From an uncultured delta proteobacterium (lineage in GTDB: Bacteria > Desulfobacterota > BSN033 > UBA1163): 64,000 bases of DNA. Every line of letters begins with the position of its first letter. Position 1 is the first letter of the stretch. Positions 29,193 through 39,573 of this stretch are shown here, piece by piece. The notes beneath the pieces were generated by a model that was given only the letters and a program-made list of their open reading frames with translations, did no database searches and was not told the origin of the DNA. The translations under genes were made by a program, and so were the position numbers. The stretch spans positions 1,120,001 to 1,184,000 of the forward strand of contig CAWHBU010000003.1 in the NCBI GenBank assembly GCA_963827685.1, in the 5' to 3' direction.

Positions 29193-31121
29193 TTACTGAA
29201 CTTCGATCGCTTTGAATTTACAGGCCTCGAAACACATTCCGCAATGGATGCATTTCTTAGGATCAATTTTAAAAGGTTTCCCTTTCTCTTTTTTAGTCCT
29301 CTGCTTTCCAGTGATGGCTTCCGCCGGACAGACTTTTGCACATCTCCCACAGGAAGTACAAACGTTAGAAAGGATGCGATAATGGAGAAGGGCCTGGCAA
29401 ACTTTGGCCGGACATCGTTTGTTGACGATGTGTTCTTCATATTCCTTGCGAAAATAACGAAGGGTAGAAAGAACTGGATTGGGTGCCGTCCCTCCCAATT
29501 GGCATAGAGAAGCCTCCGCTGTTACCCAACCCAACTCTTCCAAGAGATCAAGATGTTCGAGTTTCCCTCGGCCTTCGCTGATCTCGTTCAATATTTCATA
29601 CATCCGTTTTGTCCCCTCCCGGCAGGAGGTACACTTACCGCAGGACTCGTCCTTGAGGAAGCTCATAAAATATTTCGCTATATCCACCATGCAGGTGGAT
29701 TCATCCATGACGATCATTCCTCCGGAGCCCATCATCGAGCCCGCTTCTGTCAATCGATCGAAATCGACAGGGAGATCGATCAACGACTCGGGAATGCATC
29801 CACCTGAAGGACCACCCGTCTGGACGGCTTTGAACTTTTTCCCATCGGGAATTCCACCCCCTACATCGTAGACGATCTCTCTAAGACTAATTCCCATGGG
29901 GACTTCGACGAGGCCAGTGTTATTCACCTTGCCCACTACGGAGAAGACTTTTGTCCCTTTGCTGCCCTCTGTCCCGATTTTTGAATACCAATCCGCTCCT
30001 CTTGCAATGATAACGGGGACGTTGTTCCAGGTTTCAACATTGTTGAGGTTGCTGGGTTTATCCCACAAACCACTCTCTGTCGTATGGATATGTTTGGCCC
30101 TGGGTTCGCCGACTTTTCCTTCGATGGAGGCCATCAGGGCAGTCGACTCGCCACAGACAAAAGCCCCACCTCCTCGGAAAAGGTCTACGTGGAAGGAAAA
30201 ACCAGAGCCCAAAATATTCTCTCCCAGAAGTCCGGCCTCCTCTGCCTGTTGGATGGCAATGCGCAGCTTCTGGATGGCCAGTGGATATTCATCTCGCACA
30301 TAGATAAACCCTTCATGGGCTCCAATGGCATAGGCCCCGATGATCATCCCCTCGATGACACTATGCGGGTCGCCTTCTAAGACACTTCGATCCATATAGG
30401 CCCCTGGGTCCCCTTCATCTGCATTGCAGAGAACGAATTTTCGATCGTCCTTGGATCTTCGGCAGGACTCCCACTTGGCGCCAGTATAAAATCCAGCTCC
30501 TCCCCTTCCCCGGAGCCCTGATTGCTTGACCACTTCAATAATCTCCTCCGGTTTCATCCCCGAAAGAGCCTTGTGGAGACCAAAGTACCCTCCCCTGGCA
30601 ATATAATTGTCAATAAGATCTGGATTGATGAAACCACAGTTCCTCAGGGCAATCTTTAATTGTTTGCTGTAAAAGGGAACCTGGTGGTAATGAGGCGTCC
30701 CATCTATTCCACCGGGGAGATGACGAACTGAATAATCCTTCATCGTCCCCTCCACGATCCAATCCTCACTTTCCATTTTGCAGAGGAGCAGATCTTCCAC
30801 CACCTTGTTATCCAACCATTTCTGAACTAATTCCATGGATCGCTCAGGAGTCACCCCTTGATAAAAGACCCTGGGTTTTCCAGGTTCAAGAATATCGACG
30901 ACAGGCTCTTTTTGGCAAAAACCGATGCAGCCTGTCTGTCCCAAAAGGATTGGAAGTTTCGCCTTCTCCACACCATTTTGGAGGACCTCATAGACCCTTC
31001 CCGCTCCCGTGGAAAGACCGCAGGTGGCCATCCCTACAGAGACCTTGGTCGTCTTCGGAAAGAGAGATTTCAATCCTTTCTCTTTTATCTTCTCCAGATC
31101 ATCTTTTGTTCGAATCTTCAT
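29193..31121 (-). CDS. NuoF/HydB-like NADH- and FMN-binding subunit with thioredoxin-like N-terminus and 2x4Fe-4S C-terminus
   Basis: GLRGRGGAG, NADEGDPGAYMDR, ESCGKCTSCREG, C-terminal ferredoxin motifs. Confidence 0.9.
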   Translation of the reverse strand: MKIRTKDDLEKIKEKGLKSLFPKTTKVSVGMATCGLSTGAGRVYEVLQNGVEKAKLPILLGQTGCIGFCQKEPVVDILEPGKPRVFYQGVTPERSMELVQKWLDNKVVEDLLLCKMESEDWIVEGTMKDYSVRHLPGGIDGTPHYHQVPFYSKQLKIALRNCGFINPDLIDNYIARGGYFGLHKALSGMKPEEIIEVVKQSGLRGRGGAGFYTGAKWESCRRSKDDRKFVLCNADEGDPGAYMDRSVLEGDPHSVIEGMIIGAYAIGAHEGFIYVRDEYPLAIQKLRIAIQQAEEAGLLGENILGSGFSFHVDLFRGGGAFVCGESTALMASIEGKVGEPRAKHIHTTESGLWDKPSNLNNVETWNNVPVIIARGADWYSKIGTEGSKGTKVFSVVGKVNNTGLVEVPMGISLREIVYDVGGGIPDGKKFKAVQTGGPSGGCIPESLIDLPVDFDRLTEAGSMMGSGGMIVMDESTCMVDIAKYFMSFLKDESCGKCTSCREGTKRMYEILNEISEGRGKLEHLDLLEELGWVTAEASLCQLGGTAPNPVLSTLRYFRKEYEEHIVNKRCPAKVCQALLHYRILSNVCTSCGRCAKVCPAEAITGKQRTKKEKGKPFKIDPKKCIHCGMCFEACKFKAIEVQ

Positions 31122-31197
31122 CTTACCCTCGGTCGCCCCCTCACCCCATCCCTCTCCCCCGAGGGGAGAGGGGACAGATTTATTTCTTCTAAAGACT

Positions 31198-31650
31198 CTA
31201 TTTAAACTCCTTTAATAAGGCAGGAATCTTATCTTGGGTCAACCGACCATAGACATCTCCATCGATGACGGCTACCGGACCAAGGCTGCAACAGCCCACA
31301 CACCGAACCGATTCCAGTGTAAACCGTTTATCTTGGGTCGTCTCTCCTACAGGGATACCCAAATCCCTCTTCAATTTGTCAACAATCTTATTCCCACCAC
31401 GAACATGGCAGGCCGTTCCTAAACAGACATCGATCTTGTGCTTTCCTCTTGGCTTAATACTCAAGGCATTGTAAAACGTAGCTAGTCGAAAGATGTGGGT
31501 CACAGGAATCTGCATCTTCTGGGAGACCTGTTCGAGAATTTCCTTAGGAAGGTACTTCTTTTTACTCTGGATGTCCTGAAGAATGGCCAAGATGGCCGAT
31601 TCCTTTCCTTTATATTGCTTGATGATGGTATCGACCTCTGAGTTCTCCAT
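31198..31650 (-). CDS. NuoE/HydC-like 2Fe-2S subunit
   Basis: VCLGTACHVRG, CVGCC. Confidence 0.9.
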   Translation of the reverse strand: MENSEVDTIIKQYKGKESAILAILQDIQSKKKYLPKEILEQVSQKMQIPVTHIFRLATFYNALSIKPRGKHKIDVCLGTACHVRGGNKIVDKLKRDLGIPVGETTQDKRFTLESVRCVGCCSLGPVAVIDGDVYGRLTQDKIPALLKEFK

Positions 31651-31651
31651 C

Positions 31652-32584
31652 TCACACTCCCCTTCCTGCCTTCGCTCTTAATTGCTCATATTCGCTATGA
31701 ACTCGTTTCTCAATCTCCCCGATCATTTCATCGGTCAGGTGGCGAAATCGTCCTTGAAGCTTGGTATATTCCTTAATGGGCTTCAATTTCGGGAAATCAA
31801 TACTCAGGCGATATTGACCCTTTTCCACCTCATAAAGAGGGAAGATCCCTGTCTCCACAGCTAACCGACCCAGTTTGATTGAAAGTTCGGGTGCAGACCT
31901 CCATCCGGTTGGACAGACAGAAAGGATGTGAACATAGGCAGGTCCTTCGATATCAGCCGCTTTCTTCACTTTCTGCACGAGGTCGATCGGATAACTGGGG
32001 CAGGCTGTGGCCACATAAGGAATATTATGAGCCGCAGCAATGGCAGGCATATTTTTCTTCCAGGTGATCTGCCCCATTTGAACTCTTCCAACGGGAGAGG
32101 TGGTTGTGGAGGCACCAAAAGGCGTCAAAGAGGACCGCTGGATACCGGTGTTCATATAGGCCTCGTTATCAGTACAGATGTAGACAAAGTTGTGGCCTCG
32201 CTCGAAGGCACCTGAGAGTGCCTGGAGCCCAATGTCCGCTGTTCCTCCATCCCCACCCATGGCAAGGGTGACTATTTTTTTATGAGGAATTCTCCCTTTT
32301 CTCATCAAGACCTTTAATGCGGATTCGATGCCCGAAGCCACCGCGGCCGTATTCTCAAAGGCCACATGGATCCAGGGGACTCTCCATGCGGTGTAAGGCA
32401 GCGGCGAAGAGACGATCTCCATACATCCTGTTGCGTTGGCAATGATCACATTCCTTCCCAATGCCTTGGCTGCCAACCTCACGGCCAATGCCTCCGCACA
32501 TCCCTGGCAAGACCGATGGCCAGGTGAAAAATATTCTTTTTGAGTCAATGTCCGAACAGCAAAAACATTCAAATTTTCAGTCAT
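31652..32584 (-). CDS. porB: 2-oxoacid (pyruvate):ferredoxin oxidoreductase beta subunit
   Basis: GHRSCQGC, GGDG, DNEAYMNTGIQRS. Confidence 0.88.
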   Translation of the reverse strand: MTENLNVFAVRTLTQKEYFSPGHRSCQGCAEALAVRLAAKALGRNVIIANATGCMEIVSSPLPYTAWRVPWIHVAFENTAAVASGIESALKVLMRKGRIPHKKIVTLAMGGDGGTADIGLQALSGAFERGHNFVYICTDNEAYMNTGIQRSSLTPFGASTTTSPVGRVQMGQITWKKNMPAIAAAHNIPYVATACPSYPIDLVQKVKKAADIEGPAYVHILSVCPTGWRSAPELSIKLGRLAVETGIFPLYEVEKGQYRLSIDFPKLKPIKEYTKLQGRFRHLTDEMIGEIEKRVHSEYEQLRAKAGRGV

Positions 32585-33753
32585 CCTCTCACCCCATAAA
32601 TTTCGAATCCTTCTTTATTTCCTTCCTCAATCTCGATTTCTGCCTTATCCACCATCTTGATGAAGTCCGAAGGAGTCACATCCCTTCCAGAAATCCCTGC
32701 AACAAAATTATAGACCGAGGGTCTCTGGGCTTCTCCGTAGAGGGCGGCCTTCACTTCCGATGCCACAGGCCCACAAGCCCCCACAGAGATGGCTCGGTCG
32801 ATCACCACCAACTGTTTCGCATGGAGGGTTGCCTTTTTAAAGGCCTCGAAAGGAAAGGGCCGCCAAAGTCGAATCTTCACGAGTCCGACAGACCTTCCTT
32901 CCTCCTTCATCTTGTCTACCGCCACAGAGGCCGTCTCACCGCAACTTCCCATGGTGACAAGCAAGGTATCAGCATCCTCTGCTTGATAGGTCTCGATTGG
33001 ATGATAATATCTACCCGTCATATCTCCGAAGGCCTTCCAGGTATCTATGATCTTAGGCATGGAAGATCGGAGGGCCTCCTCCTGAGCTTTCTTGGCTTCC
33101 GCAAAAATGCTGGGAAGCGCAAAAGCACCCATGGTCACCGGGTGATCAGGGTGCAGTTGGTATACAGGCTGATAAGGAGGGAGGAACTGATCGATCTTTC
33201 CCTGCTCGATCAGCTCAATGGGTTCGATCACGTGGCTCAGGATGAATCCGTCCATATTGATGATGACAGGAAAGAGAACCTTATTGTCTTCTGCTAACCG
33301 ATAGGCCGCAAACACATGGTCATAGACCTCCTGCCCATTCTCCACAAAGAACTGAATCCACCCGCAGTCCCGGATGGACATCGCATCACTATGATCGTTC
33401 CAAATACTCAAGGGTGCCGAAATCGTCCGATTCGAAATGATCATGACCACCGGTAATCTCATGCCCGATGTAATATAGGTAATCTCACTCATCAGGGCCA
33501 ACCCCTGGGAACTCGTACAGGTAAATGTCCTCGCTCCGGTCGCCGCCGCCCCCACACAGACGCTCAAGGCAGAGTGCTCAGATTCCACACAAAAAAAGTC
33601 TGCGTCAAGGTCTCCATTCGCCACCAATTCAGAGAGATGTTCCACAATATGCGTTTGGGGCGTAATGGGATAGGCCGAGATGACGTCGACATTGGCCTGC
33701 TTGACCGCCTCGGCAGCGGCAATGGAAACCTCCATTCCAATCCTTTTCCCCAT
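32581..33753 (-). CDS. porA: 2-oxoacid (pyruvate):ferredoxin oxidoreductase alpha subunit
   Basis: AYPITPQT, ESEHSA, TSSQGL. Confidence 0.88.
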   Translation of the reverse strand: MGKRIGMEVSIAAAEAVKQANVDVISAYPITPQTHIVEHLSELVANGDLDADFFCVESEHSALSVCVGAAATGARTFTCTSSQGLALMSEITYITSGMRLPVVMIISNRTISAPLSIWNDHSDAMSIRDCGWIQFFVENGQEVYDHVFAAYRLAEDNKVLFPVIINMDGFILSHVIEPIELIEQGKIDQFLPPYQPVYQLHPDHPVTMGAFALPSIFAEAKKAQEEALRSSMPKIIDTWKAFGDMTGRYYHPIETYQAEDADTLLVTMGSCGETASVAVDKMKEEGRSVGLVKIRLWRPFPFEAFKKATLHAKQLVVIDRAISVGACGPVASEVKAALYGEAQRPSVYNFVAGISGRDVTPSDFIKMVDKAEIEIEEGNKEGFEIYGVRG

Positions 33754-34053
33754 TTATTTCTCCTCCTCTTCCAGCACCATGGTGATGGCTCCGGTGGGAC
33801 ACTCCTTTGCACAGATGCCGCAGCCCTTACAATAGAAAAGGTCCGCAATGAAATAACTCTCTTCGTTCAGGTTATAAGCCATGTCCGGACAGAAGATATA
33901 GCACAATCCACAATGGATACACAGCTCCTTTTGCAGAACTGGTTTGAGAGTCTTCCAATCTCCCGTCCGATATTGGCTGGCATTCCCCGGTTCCAAGACA
34001 ACATTGCCAACTGGCAGTTCCTTCCATGTCCATTCTGATTCAGGTTTTGTCAT
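33754..34053 (-). CDS. porD: 2-oxoacid:ferredoxin oxidoreductase delta subunit
   Basis: TGDW, CIHCGLCYIFCP, CKGCGICAKECP. Confidence 0.88.
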   Translation of the reverse strand: MTKPESEWTWKELPVGNVVLEPGNASQYRTGDWKTLKPVLQKELCIHCGLCYIFCPDMAYNLNEESYFIADLFYCKGCGICAKECPTGAITMVLEEEEK

Positions 34054-34184
34054 AACCTTCTCTCCTAATTGAATAACGATAATCTCTCCAACTCCCCTTT
34101 ATTAGCAATCTCCCTATCCCCCTTTTGTCATAATCCCCCCCTCTCCCCCTTTTAATGAAGGGGGACTGGGGGGATTTTCAAAAA

Positions 34185-34733
34185 CTATTGGATGAGGATA
34201 GTTTCCTGATAAGCCCTTTCGAAAGCAGAAAGGTTCTTTTCTGCAATTCGGCCAAACCGCTCCTTTAAAGGAAGGATGAAAGACTCTTTCTTGACCAATC
34301 CCGAAACCTTGATCAAGGATCCAAGCATCGTTGTGTTGGTAATCGCAAGCCCGAGAACTTCTCTGGCAATCTTGACCGCATCTACCACACCGAGCCGATT
34401 CCTGATCTTCAAGACTTCCTTCACCTTTTCAGGAGAATCATTACTTGTAGTAACCAGAATGCCATCCGGTTTCAATCCGGCGGCAACATCAACCACCTTT
34501 AGAAGAGAGGCGTCGAGCACGACCACTAAATCGGGTTCGTAGATATTGGCCCTAATCTTAATGGGTTGATCGCTAATGCGGCAGAAAGCTAAGACCGGAG
34601 CCCCTCTCCGCTCCGGGCCAAAGCTTGGAAAGGCTTGGGCGTACTTACCCTCCTCAATAGCTGCCAGGGCTAAGAGTTCCGCTGAAGTGACGGCTCCCTG
34701 TCCACCTCTTCCATGGAATCGAATCTCAATCAT
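34185..34733 (-). CDS. porC: 2-oxoacid:ferredoxin oxidoreductase gamma subunit
   Basis: [16 protein letters not shown]. Confidence 0.88.
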
Positions 34734-34910
34734 CTCATTCTCCCAAATTTATTCTAATCATTAAGACATAAGATATTTCAAATAGTTTTTTCAAGTGAAC
34801 AATTTTAAAAATCAAATAGTTAATACAATGGAACTGGCCTATAGTTTATGTTTAATTTGAAATTCTCTTTGACGTTCATGCATGGCTATTTCAATATCAA
34901 TGAAAAATTC

Positions 34911-35510
34911 CTATATCTCTCTTCGTCCCTCAAGAGCCTTTGACAAAGTCATCCCATCCGAGTATTCAATCTCACTCCCCATGGGAATTCCATAAGCGAT
35001 CCTCGTTACTTTTATACCCAGTGATTTGATGAGATCGGTAAGAAAAAGGGCTGTCGCTCCCCCCTCCACTGTGGGATTGGTGGCCAGAATCACTTCCGAA
35101 ATCTTTTCCTTTTGAAGTCTTTCTAACAGTTCTTTAATCTTGAGATCCTCCGGCCCCACACCTTCTAAAGGTGAAATGCAACCGTGTAACACATGGTATC
35201 GCCCGTTAAAAACGCCGGTGTTCTCGATAGCGATCAGGTCATTCGGCCCCTCGACCACACAAAGGATCTCTCGGGCCCGGCGTTCATCTTGACAAATCCG
35301 GCAGGGATTCTCATCTGTCAGATTGAAACAGGTTGAACAAAGTCGGATCTTTTCTTTCACATCCAAAATCGCTCTGGCCAGCTCCTGGGCTTCTGTTGGA
35401 CTGCTCCGCAAAATATGAAAAGCCAATCTCGACGCAGTCTTTTTCCCAATTCCCGGGAGTCTCGTCAGGGCTTCGATGAGATGATCAATGGGCTTGGCGT
35501 GCACAGACAT
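34911..35510 (-). CDS. recR: Recombination protein RecR
   Basis: LPGIGKKTA, C4 zinc finger, ATNPTVEG. Confidence 0.95.
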   Translation of the reverse strand: MSVHAKPIDHLIEALTRLPGIGKKTASRLAFHILRSSPTEAQELARAILDVKEKIRLCSTCFNLTDENPCRICQDERRAREILCVVEGPNDLIAIENTGVFNGRYHVLHGCISPLEGVGPEDLKIKELLERLQKEKISEVILATNPTVEGGATALFLTDLIKSLGIKVTRIAYGIPMGSEIEYSDGMTLSKALEGRREI

Positions 35511-35667
35511 CGGTAAGACCTCAATGCAAAATGGAAATTGCAAAGTTAGCAATGCAAAATAGTTGAAAAGATCCCAGTTGTCTGTTCCATTCTATCGTAT
35601 GCAATTGGGTTCTGCATTCTGCATTTTGCATTTTGCACTGGTAATTTTGCAATTTACAATGATCTCT

Positions 35668-35982
35668 TTAGAACAACCCCGGGATGTTGAGTCCACCCGT
35701 AACTTTCTTCATCTCTTCTGCCATCATCTCCTGGGATTTCCGGATGGCCTCATTCACAGCCGCTACAATCAAATCTTGTAACATCTCGATGTCTTCTCGG
35801 TTCACCACTTCTGGGTCGATCCGAATGCTAAGGACCTCCTGCTTTCCGTTCATCACAACGTTCACCATGCCTCCCCCGGAACTAGCTTCCACCGTTTTCC
35901 CAGCCATCTCCTCCTGGAGTTGAGAAATTTTGGCATGGATCTCCTGAGCCTGTTTTAATATGTTTCCCAGACCTTTTGTCAT
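35668..35982 (-). CDS. ybaB: YbaB/EbfC nucleoid-associated protein
   Basis: ASSGGGMV, MLQDLIVAAVN; lies between dnaX and recR. Confidence 0.92.
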   Translation of the reverse strand: MTKGLGNILKQAQEIHAKISQLQEEMAGKTVEASSGGGMVNVVMNGKQEVLSIRIDPEVVNREDIEMLQDLIVAAVNEAIRKSQEMMAEEMKKVTGGLNIPGLF

Positions 35983-35991
35983 ATACTTCTC

Positions 35992-37719
35992 CTATTTCCC
36001 CTCCACAATCTTTCCGTTAAAGAGACGGAGAGCTTCTTGGATGATGGGGTCCTCTTCTCCCCGTTTCTCTAATCTTTTGTCCAACCCATTGCGGGTAGTC
36101 TCCGCCTTGTTGAACACCACCCGCCCCTTTGCCCCTATCACTTGGTTCAACGGAGAAACGACCACTTTTGTCTTTTTTTGAAGATATTCATGACAGATTG
36201 ATTCCAATTGGCCTCGATTCTCCTTTTCCAACATTCTTTCATAGTGAAAAGAATCTTTTTCGAAGCCAATCTCAATCTTCTCTTCACTCAGATCAACAAG
36301 ATTCCCCAAGGCTAAGAACGAACCCAGTATAGGGTTCCTCGCTCTTGTAAAATCGACCAACCCTTTCCATGTCTCTTCCCAGATTTTTGGGGGGACGTCA
36401 CGAAATTCCTCTTCCTTTTTTAAATCCTCTTTCTTTTCAAAAACCTTTTCCTCGCTGACCTGCTCTTGCTTCTTGGGCGGTGTCTCTTCTTTTGGTCTAT
36501 CTCTTTCCGGATTCTCTGGATGGATAACGCTTGCTGAAGCAAAGGAGGGTTTTTTCTCACCCCCTCCTTTGGACAGTTCCTTATTTTCTAACGCCTCCAG
36601 TTTCTTGATCATCTCATCGATGGGAAGGATGGGCCGTAAAGTAGCCATTCGAATCAACGTCATCTCCAGCATGGTCCGAGGAAAAGTGGACTGTGCTATT
36701 TCCTGTTCTCCTTTCAAAAGGAGACTAAAGAGATGGTTTAATTGATCAAATTGGAATTTCCCCGCCTGTTCCTTAAATAACTCCAGCTCCTCTTCCGGCA
36801 ATTCCATTAACCCTTCTGGATGTTGACTGACCTTGATGAGGATTAAGTTGCGAAGATATTGAAGAAGCTCTCTACAGAAATGTTGGAGATCGTATCCAAA
36901 GTGGTAGACATGCTCGATGACCTCCATGCACCGCTTAACATCCCTATTGGCAAGGGCTTCTATGGTATCGCTGAGAATTTTGTGATCGATGAGTCCGAGG
37001 ACCTCGGCAATATCTTCATCACGGATATTTTTCCCTGCATAAGCGATCACCTGGTCGAGGAGACTTTGAGCATCCCGCAGGCTCCCTTCTGATTCTTTGG
37101 CGATGGAAAGAAGTCCTCTCTGACTGATTTGGATCTTTTCCTCTTTCACGATCCGGTTCAGGCTCCCGATCACTTCTCTAAACGGAATTCTCTTAAAATC
37201 GTATCGCTGGCATCGTGAAAGGATGGTGGCAGGGATTTTATGGGGTTCGGTGGTGGCGAAGATAAAGAGGATGTGTGGGGGAGGTTCTTCCAAGGTCTTC
37301 AACAAGGCATTGAAGGCCTCTCTGGTCAGCATGTGGACTTCATCGATGATGTAAATCTTATACCGACTCTTGGCCGGGGTATAACGGACATTCTCCCTCA
37401 ACTCTCGAATTTCATCAATTCCGCGGTTAGAGGCTCCATCGATCTCAATCACATCCATCGAAGTCCCGTGGGTGATCTCCTGACAGTTTGTGCATCGGTC
37501 GCAGGGATTAATTTGGGGACCCTTTTCGCAGTTTAGGGCTTTTGCTAAAATGCGAGCCGTTGAGGTCTTGCCAACCCCTCTTGCCCCGGTAAACAAGAAG
37601 GCGTGAGCCACCCGTTTTTGCGAAATGGCGTTTTGTAAGGTTTGGGTGATGTGTTGTTGCCCAACAACCTCTTCAAAGAGTTGCGGTCTCCACTTTCTCG
37701 CCAACACTAAATAAGACAT
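35992..37719 (-). CDS. dnaX: DNA polymerase III gamma/tau
   Basis: YLVLARKWRP, GARGVGKT, IIDEVHML, ILSRC. Confidence 0.96.
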   Translation of the reverse strand: MSYLVLARKWRPQLFEEVVGQQHITQTLQNAISQKRVAHAFLFTGARGVGKTSTARILAKALNCEKGPQINPCDRCTNCQEITHGTSMDVIEIDGASNRGIDEIRELRENVRYTPAKSRYKIYIIDEVHMLTREAFNALLKTLEEPPPHILFIFATTEPHKIPATILSRCQRYDFKRIPFREVIGSLNRIVKEEKIQISQRGLLSIAKESEGSLRDAQSLLDQVIAYAGKNIRDEDIAEVLGLIDHKILSDTIEALANRDVKRCMEVIEHVYHFGYDLQHFCRELLQYLRNLILIKVSQHPEGLMELPEEELELFKEQAGKFQFDQLNHLFSLLLKGEQEIAQSTFPRTMLEMTLIRMATLRPILPIDEMIKKLEALENKELSKGGGEKKPSFASASVIHPENPERDRPKEETPPKKQEQVSEEKVFEKKEDLKKEEEFRDVPPKIWEETWKGLVDFTRARNPILGSFLALGNLVDLSEEKIEIGFEKDSFHYERMLEKENRGQLESICHEYLQKKTKVVVSPLNQVIGAKGRVVFNKAETTRNGLDKRLEKRGEEDPIIQEALRLFNGKIVEGK

Positions 37720-37860
37720 CTCTCTCCAATTCGGAGTGTAGAATGCGCCTGCCTACCGCAGGCAGGGATTGCGGAATTTTGATTCTATCTTCTACTCCCC
37801 GCTTTCTGCTTTCTGACCCCTACTCTCCACTTTCTACGTTCTACTTTCTAAAAAATAACT

Positions 37861-37970
37861 TGTTGATAGCCAGGCACCCCTGCGGCACACAAAGGGGATT
37901 ACTACCGCTGCTTCCTTCCGGACCTGACGGGGTTTGTAATCTTTTGTTGCGCAGGACCCGACTATCAACA
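37861..37970 (-). ncRNA. ffs: Signal recognition particle (4.5S) RNA
   Basis: TCAGGTCCGGAAGGAAGCAGC core in a long hairpin upstream of dnaX. Confidence 0.92.
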
Positions 37971-38129
37971 AGATCTTATTTTAATAGTCAAGAGTTTTAA
38001 GTTTCAAGGTCGGAGAAGTTTTTACGTCTTACACGAATCTCCGAGCTCTGAACTCCGAACTCATAACTCGTCTTTTCGGGTGCATGGCGGAGAGAGTGGC
38101 CGACTACGCTTCTGGAGAAGCTTCATCGG

Positions 38130-38369
38130 CTAAAGGATTCGCTTTTGTAATAATGCTCTCCCTGATCCAGTCTTAAAATATTGTTCAAGTGCAATCGCTC
38201 TTGTCTTGTCTTTAACGGCGATATACGCTTCCAAGCCAAAAGGTATTCTACCCTTCGTCGAATCAACTTTCCCAGAATTATGCTCAGTAAATCGACGGCG
38301 GATATTGTCTGTTGATCCTATATAGAGATTCTTATCCTTTAAGCTCCTTAATATATACACGTACCACAT
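38130..38369 (-). CDS. Small GIY-YIG nuclease
   Basis: YVYILRS...LYIGST...RRF..HN...ALEQYFK. Confidence 0.88.
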   Translation of the reverse strand: MWYVYILRSLKDKNLYIGSTDNIRRRFTEHNSGKVDSTKGRIPFGLEAYIAVKDKTRAIALEQYFKTGSGRALLQKRIL

Positions 38370-38437
38370 ACTTTATCTGCTTTGCCATTCAAAGTCTTCT
38401 CATAAGATGGCTTGCCATCTATAACCTTATCGTCAGC

Positions 38438-38990
38438 TGGCTTGCCAGCCGAAGCCTTGGCGGCCAACTGCGCTTTTATCAAAGCTTCGTCGGCTAAATA
38501 GGATGGCTTGCCAACCGAAGCCTTGGCGGCCAACTGCGCTTTTATCAAAGCTTCGTCGGCTAAATAGGATGGCTTGCCAACCGAAGCCTTGGCGGCCAAC
38601 TGCGCTTTTATCAAAGCTTCGTCGGCTAAATAGGATGGCTTGCCAACCGAAGCCTTGGCGGCCAACTGCGCTTTTATCAAAGCTTCGTCGGCTAAATAGG
38701 ATGGCTTGCCAACCGAAGCCTTGGCGGCCAACTGCGCTTTTATCAAAGCTTCGTCGGCTAAATAGGATGGCTTGCCAACCGAAGCCTTGGCGGCCAACTG
38801 CGCTTTTATCAAAGCTTCGTCGGCTAAATAGGATGGCTTGCCAACCGAAGCCTTGGCGGCCAACTGCGCTTTTATCAAAGCTTCGTCGGCTAAATAGGAT
38901 GGCTTGCCAACCGAAGCCTTGGCGGCCAACTGCGCTTTTATCAAAGCTTCGTCGGCTAAATAGGATGGCTTGCCAACCGAAGCCTTGGCG
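38438..38990. repeat. Tandem array of a 66-bp unit, about 8.4 copies
   Basis: GGATGGCTTGCCAACCGAAGCCTTGGCGGCCAACTGCGCTTTTATCAAAGCTTCGTCGGCTAAATA repeated essentially identically, no spacers. Confidence 0.95.
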
Positions 38991-38995
38991 TAGGT

Positions 38996-39088
38996 TGGCG
39001 GAGAGAGTGGGAGTCGAACCCACGATCCCGTTATTAGCGGGATACACGATTTCCAATCGTGCCCCTTCGGCCTCTCGGGCATCTCTCC
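38996..39088 (-). tRNA. tRNA-Ser (GGA)
   Basis: Anticodon arm CACGATTGGAAATCGTG, long variable arm, CCA end. Confidence 0.93.
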
Positions 39089-39216
39089 GTGATCTAAATA
39101 AGAGTTAAGAGTTCTTGGTTAGGAGTTCGGAGTAATTTTTAATTAAACCTTCAAAAAATATTTGGGTTTCCGGACTCTGAACTCCGAACTCATTACTAAA
39201 TTACTAACGTAGTGCA

Positions 39217-39312
39217 TGGCGGAGAGGGTGGGATGTGCTCAGTCGCTTCCCCCTGTACACCATGCGGTACAGGGCTTCGCTCCCTCCGCCTCCCCTTCGG
39301 GTCGCCGAACCC
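39217..39312 (-). pseudogene. Duplicated tRNA-Ser(CGA) 3' fragment with a 71-bp insert in the T-loop
   Basis: TGGCGGAGAGGGTGGGAT identical to 39392-39409, then the insert, then CGAACCC. Confidence 0.7.
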
Positions 39313-39391
39313 AATCCCGCTCTCGCGGAAGGGTTCTCATCCCATTGAGTATTTCTATAGCTGGCCTGCCAGCCGAAGCTTTAGCGTAGGC

Positions 39392-39480
39392 TGGCGGAGA
39401 GGGTGGGATTCGAACCCACGTCTCCTTTCGGGAGAACCGCTTTTCGAGAGCGGCGCCTTAAACCACTCGGCAACCTCTCC
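39392..39480 (-). tRNA. tRNA-Ser (CGA)
   Basis: Anticodon arm CCGCTCTCGAAAAGCGG, CCA end. Confidence 0.93.
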
Positions 39481-39573
39481 TCTTAAATAATAGTAACGAG
39501 TTATTAGTTCGGAGTTATGAGTAATTCTTCATCTCCGAACTCCGAACCCCCGACTCCAAACTTTTGTAATCCT

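Noticed and set aside
28220-31650. Respiratory complex I or [FeFe]-hydrogenase
   Set aside because: No membrane nuo genes and no H-cluster domain are present.
38438-38990. CRISPR array
   Set aside because: Units are contiguous and identical, with no unique spacers and no cas genes.
38348-39108. 200-244-aa repetitive ORFs on both strands
   Set aside because: They arise from a stop-free 66-bp (3n) unit and overlap tRNA-Ser.
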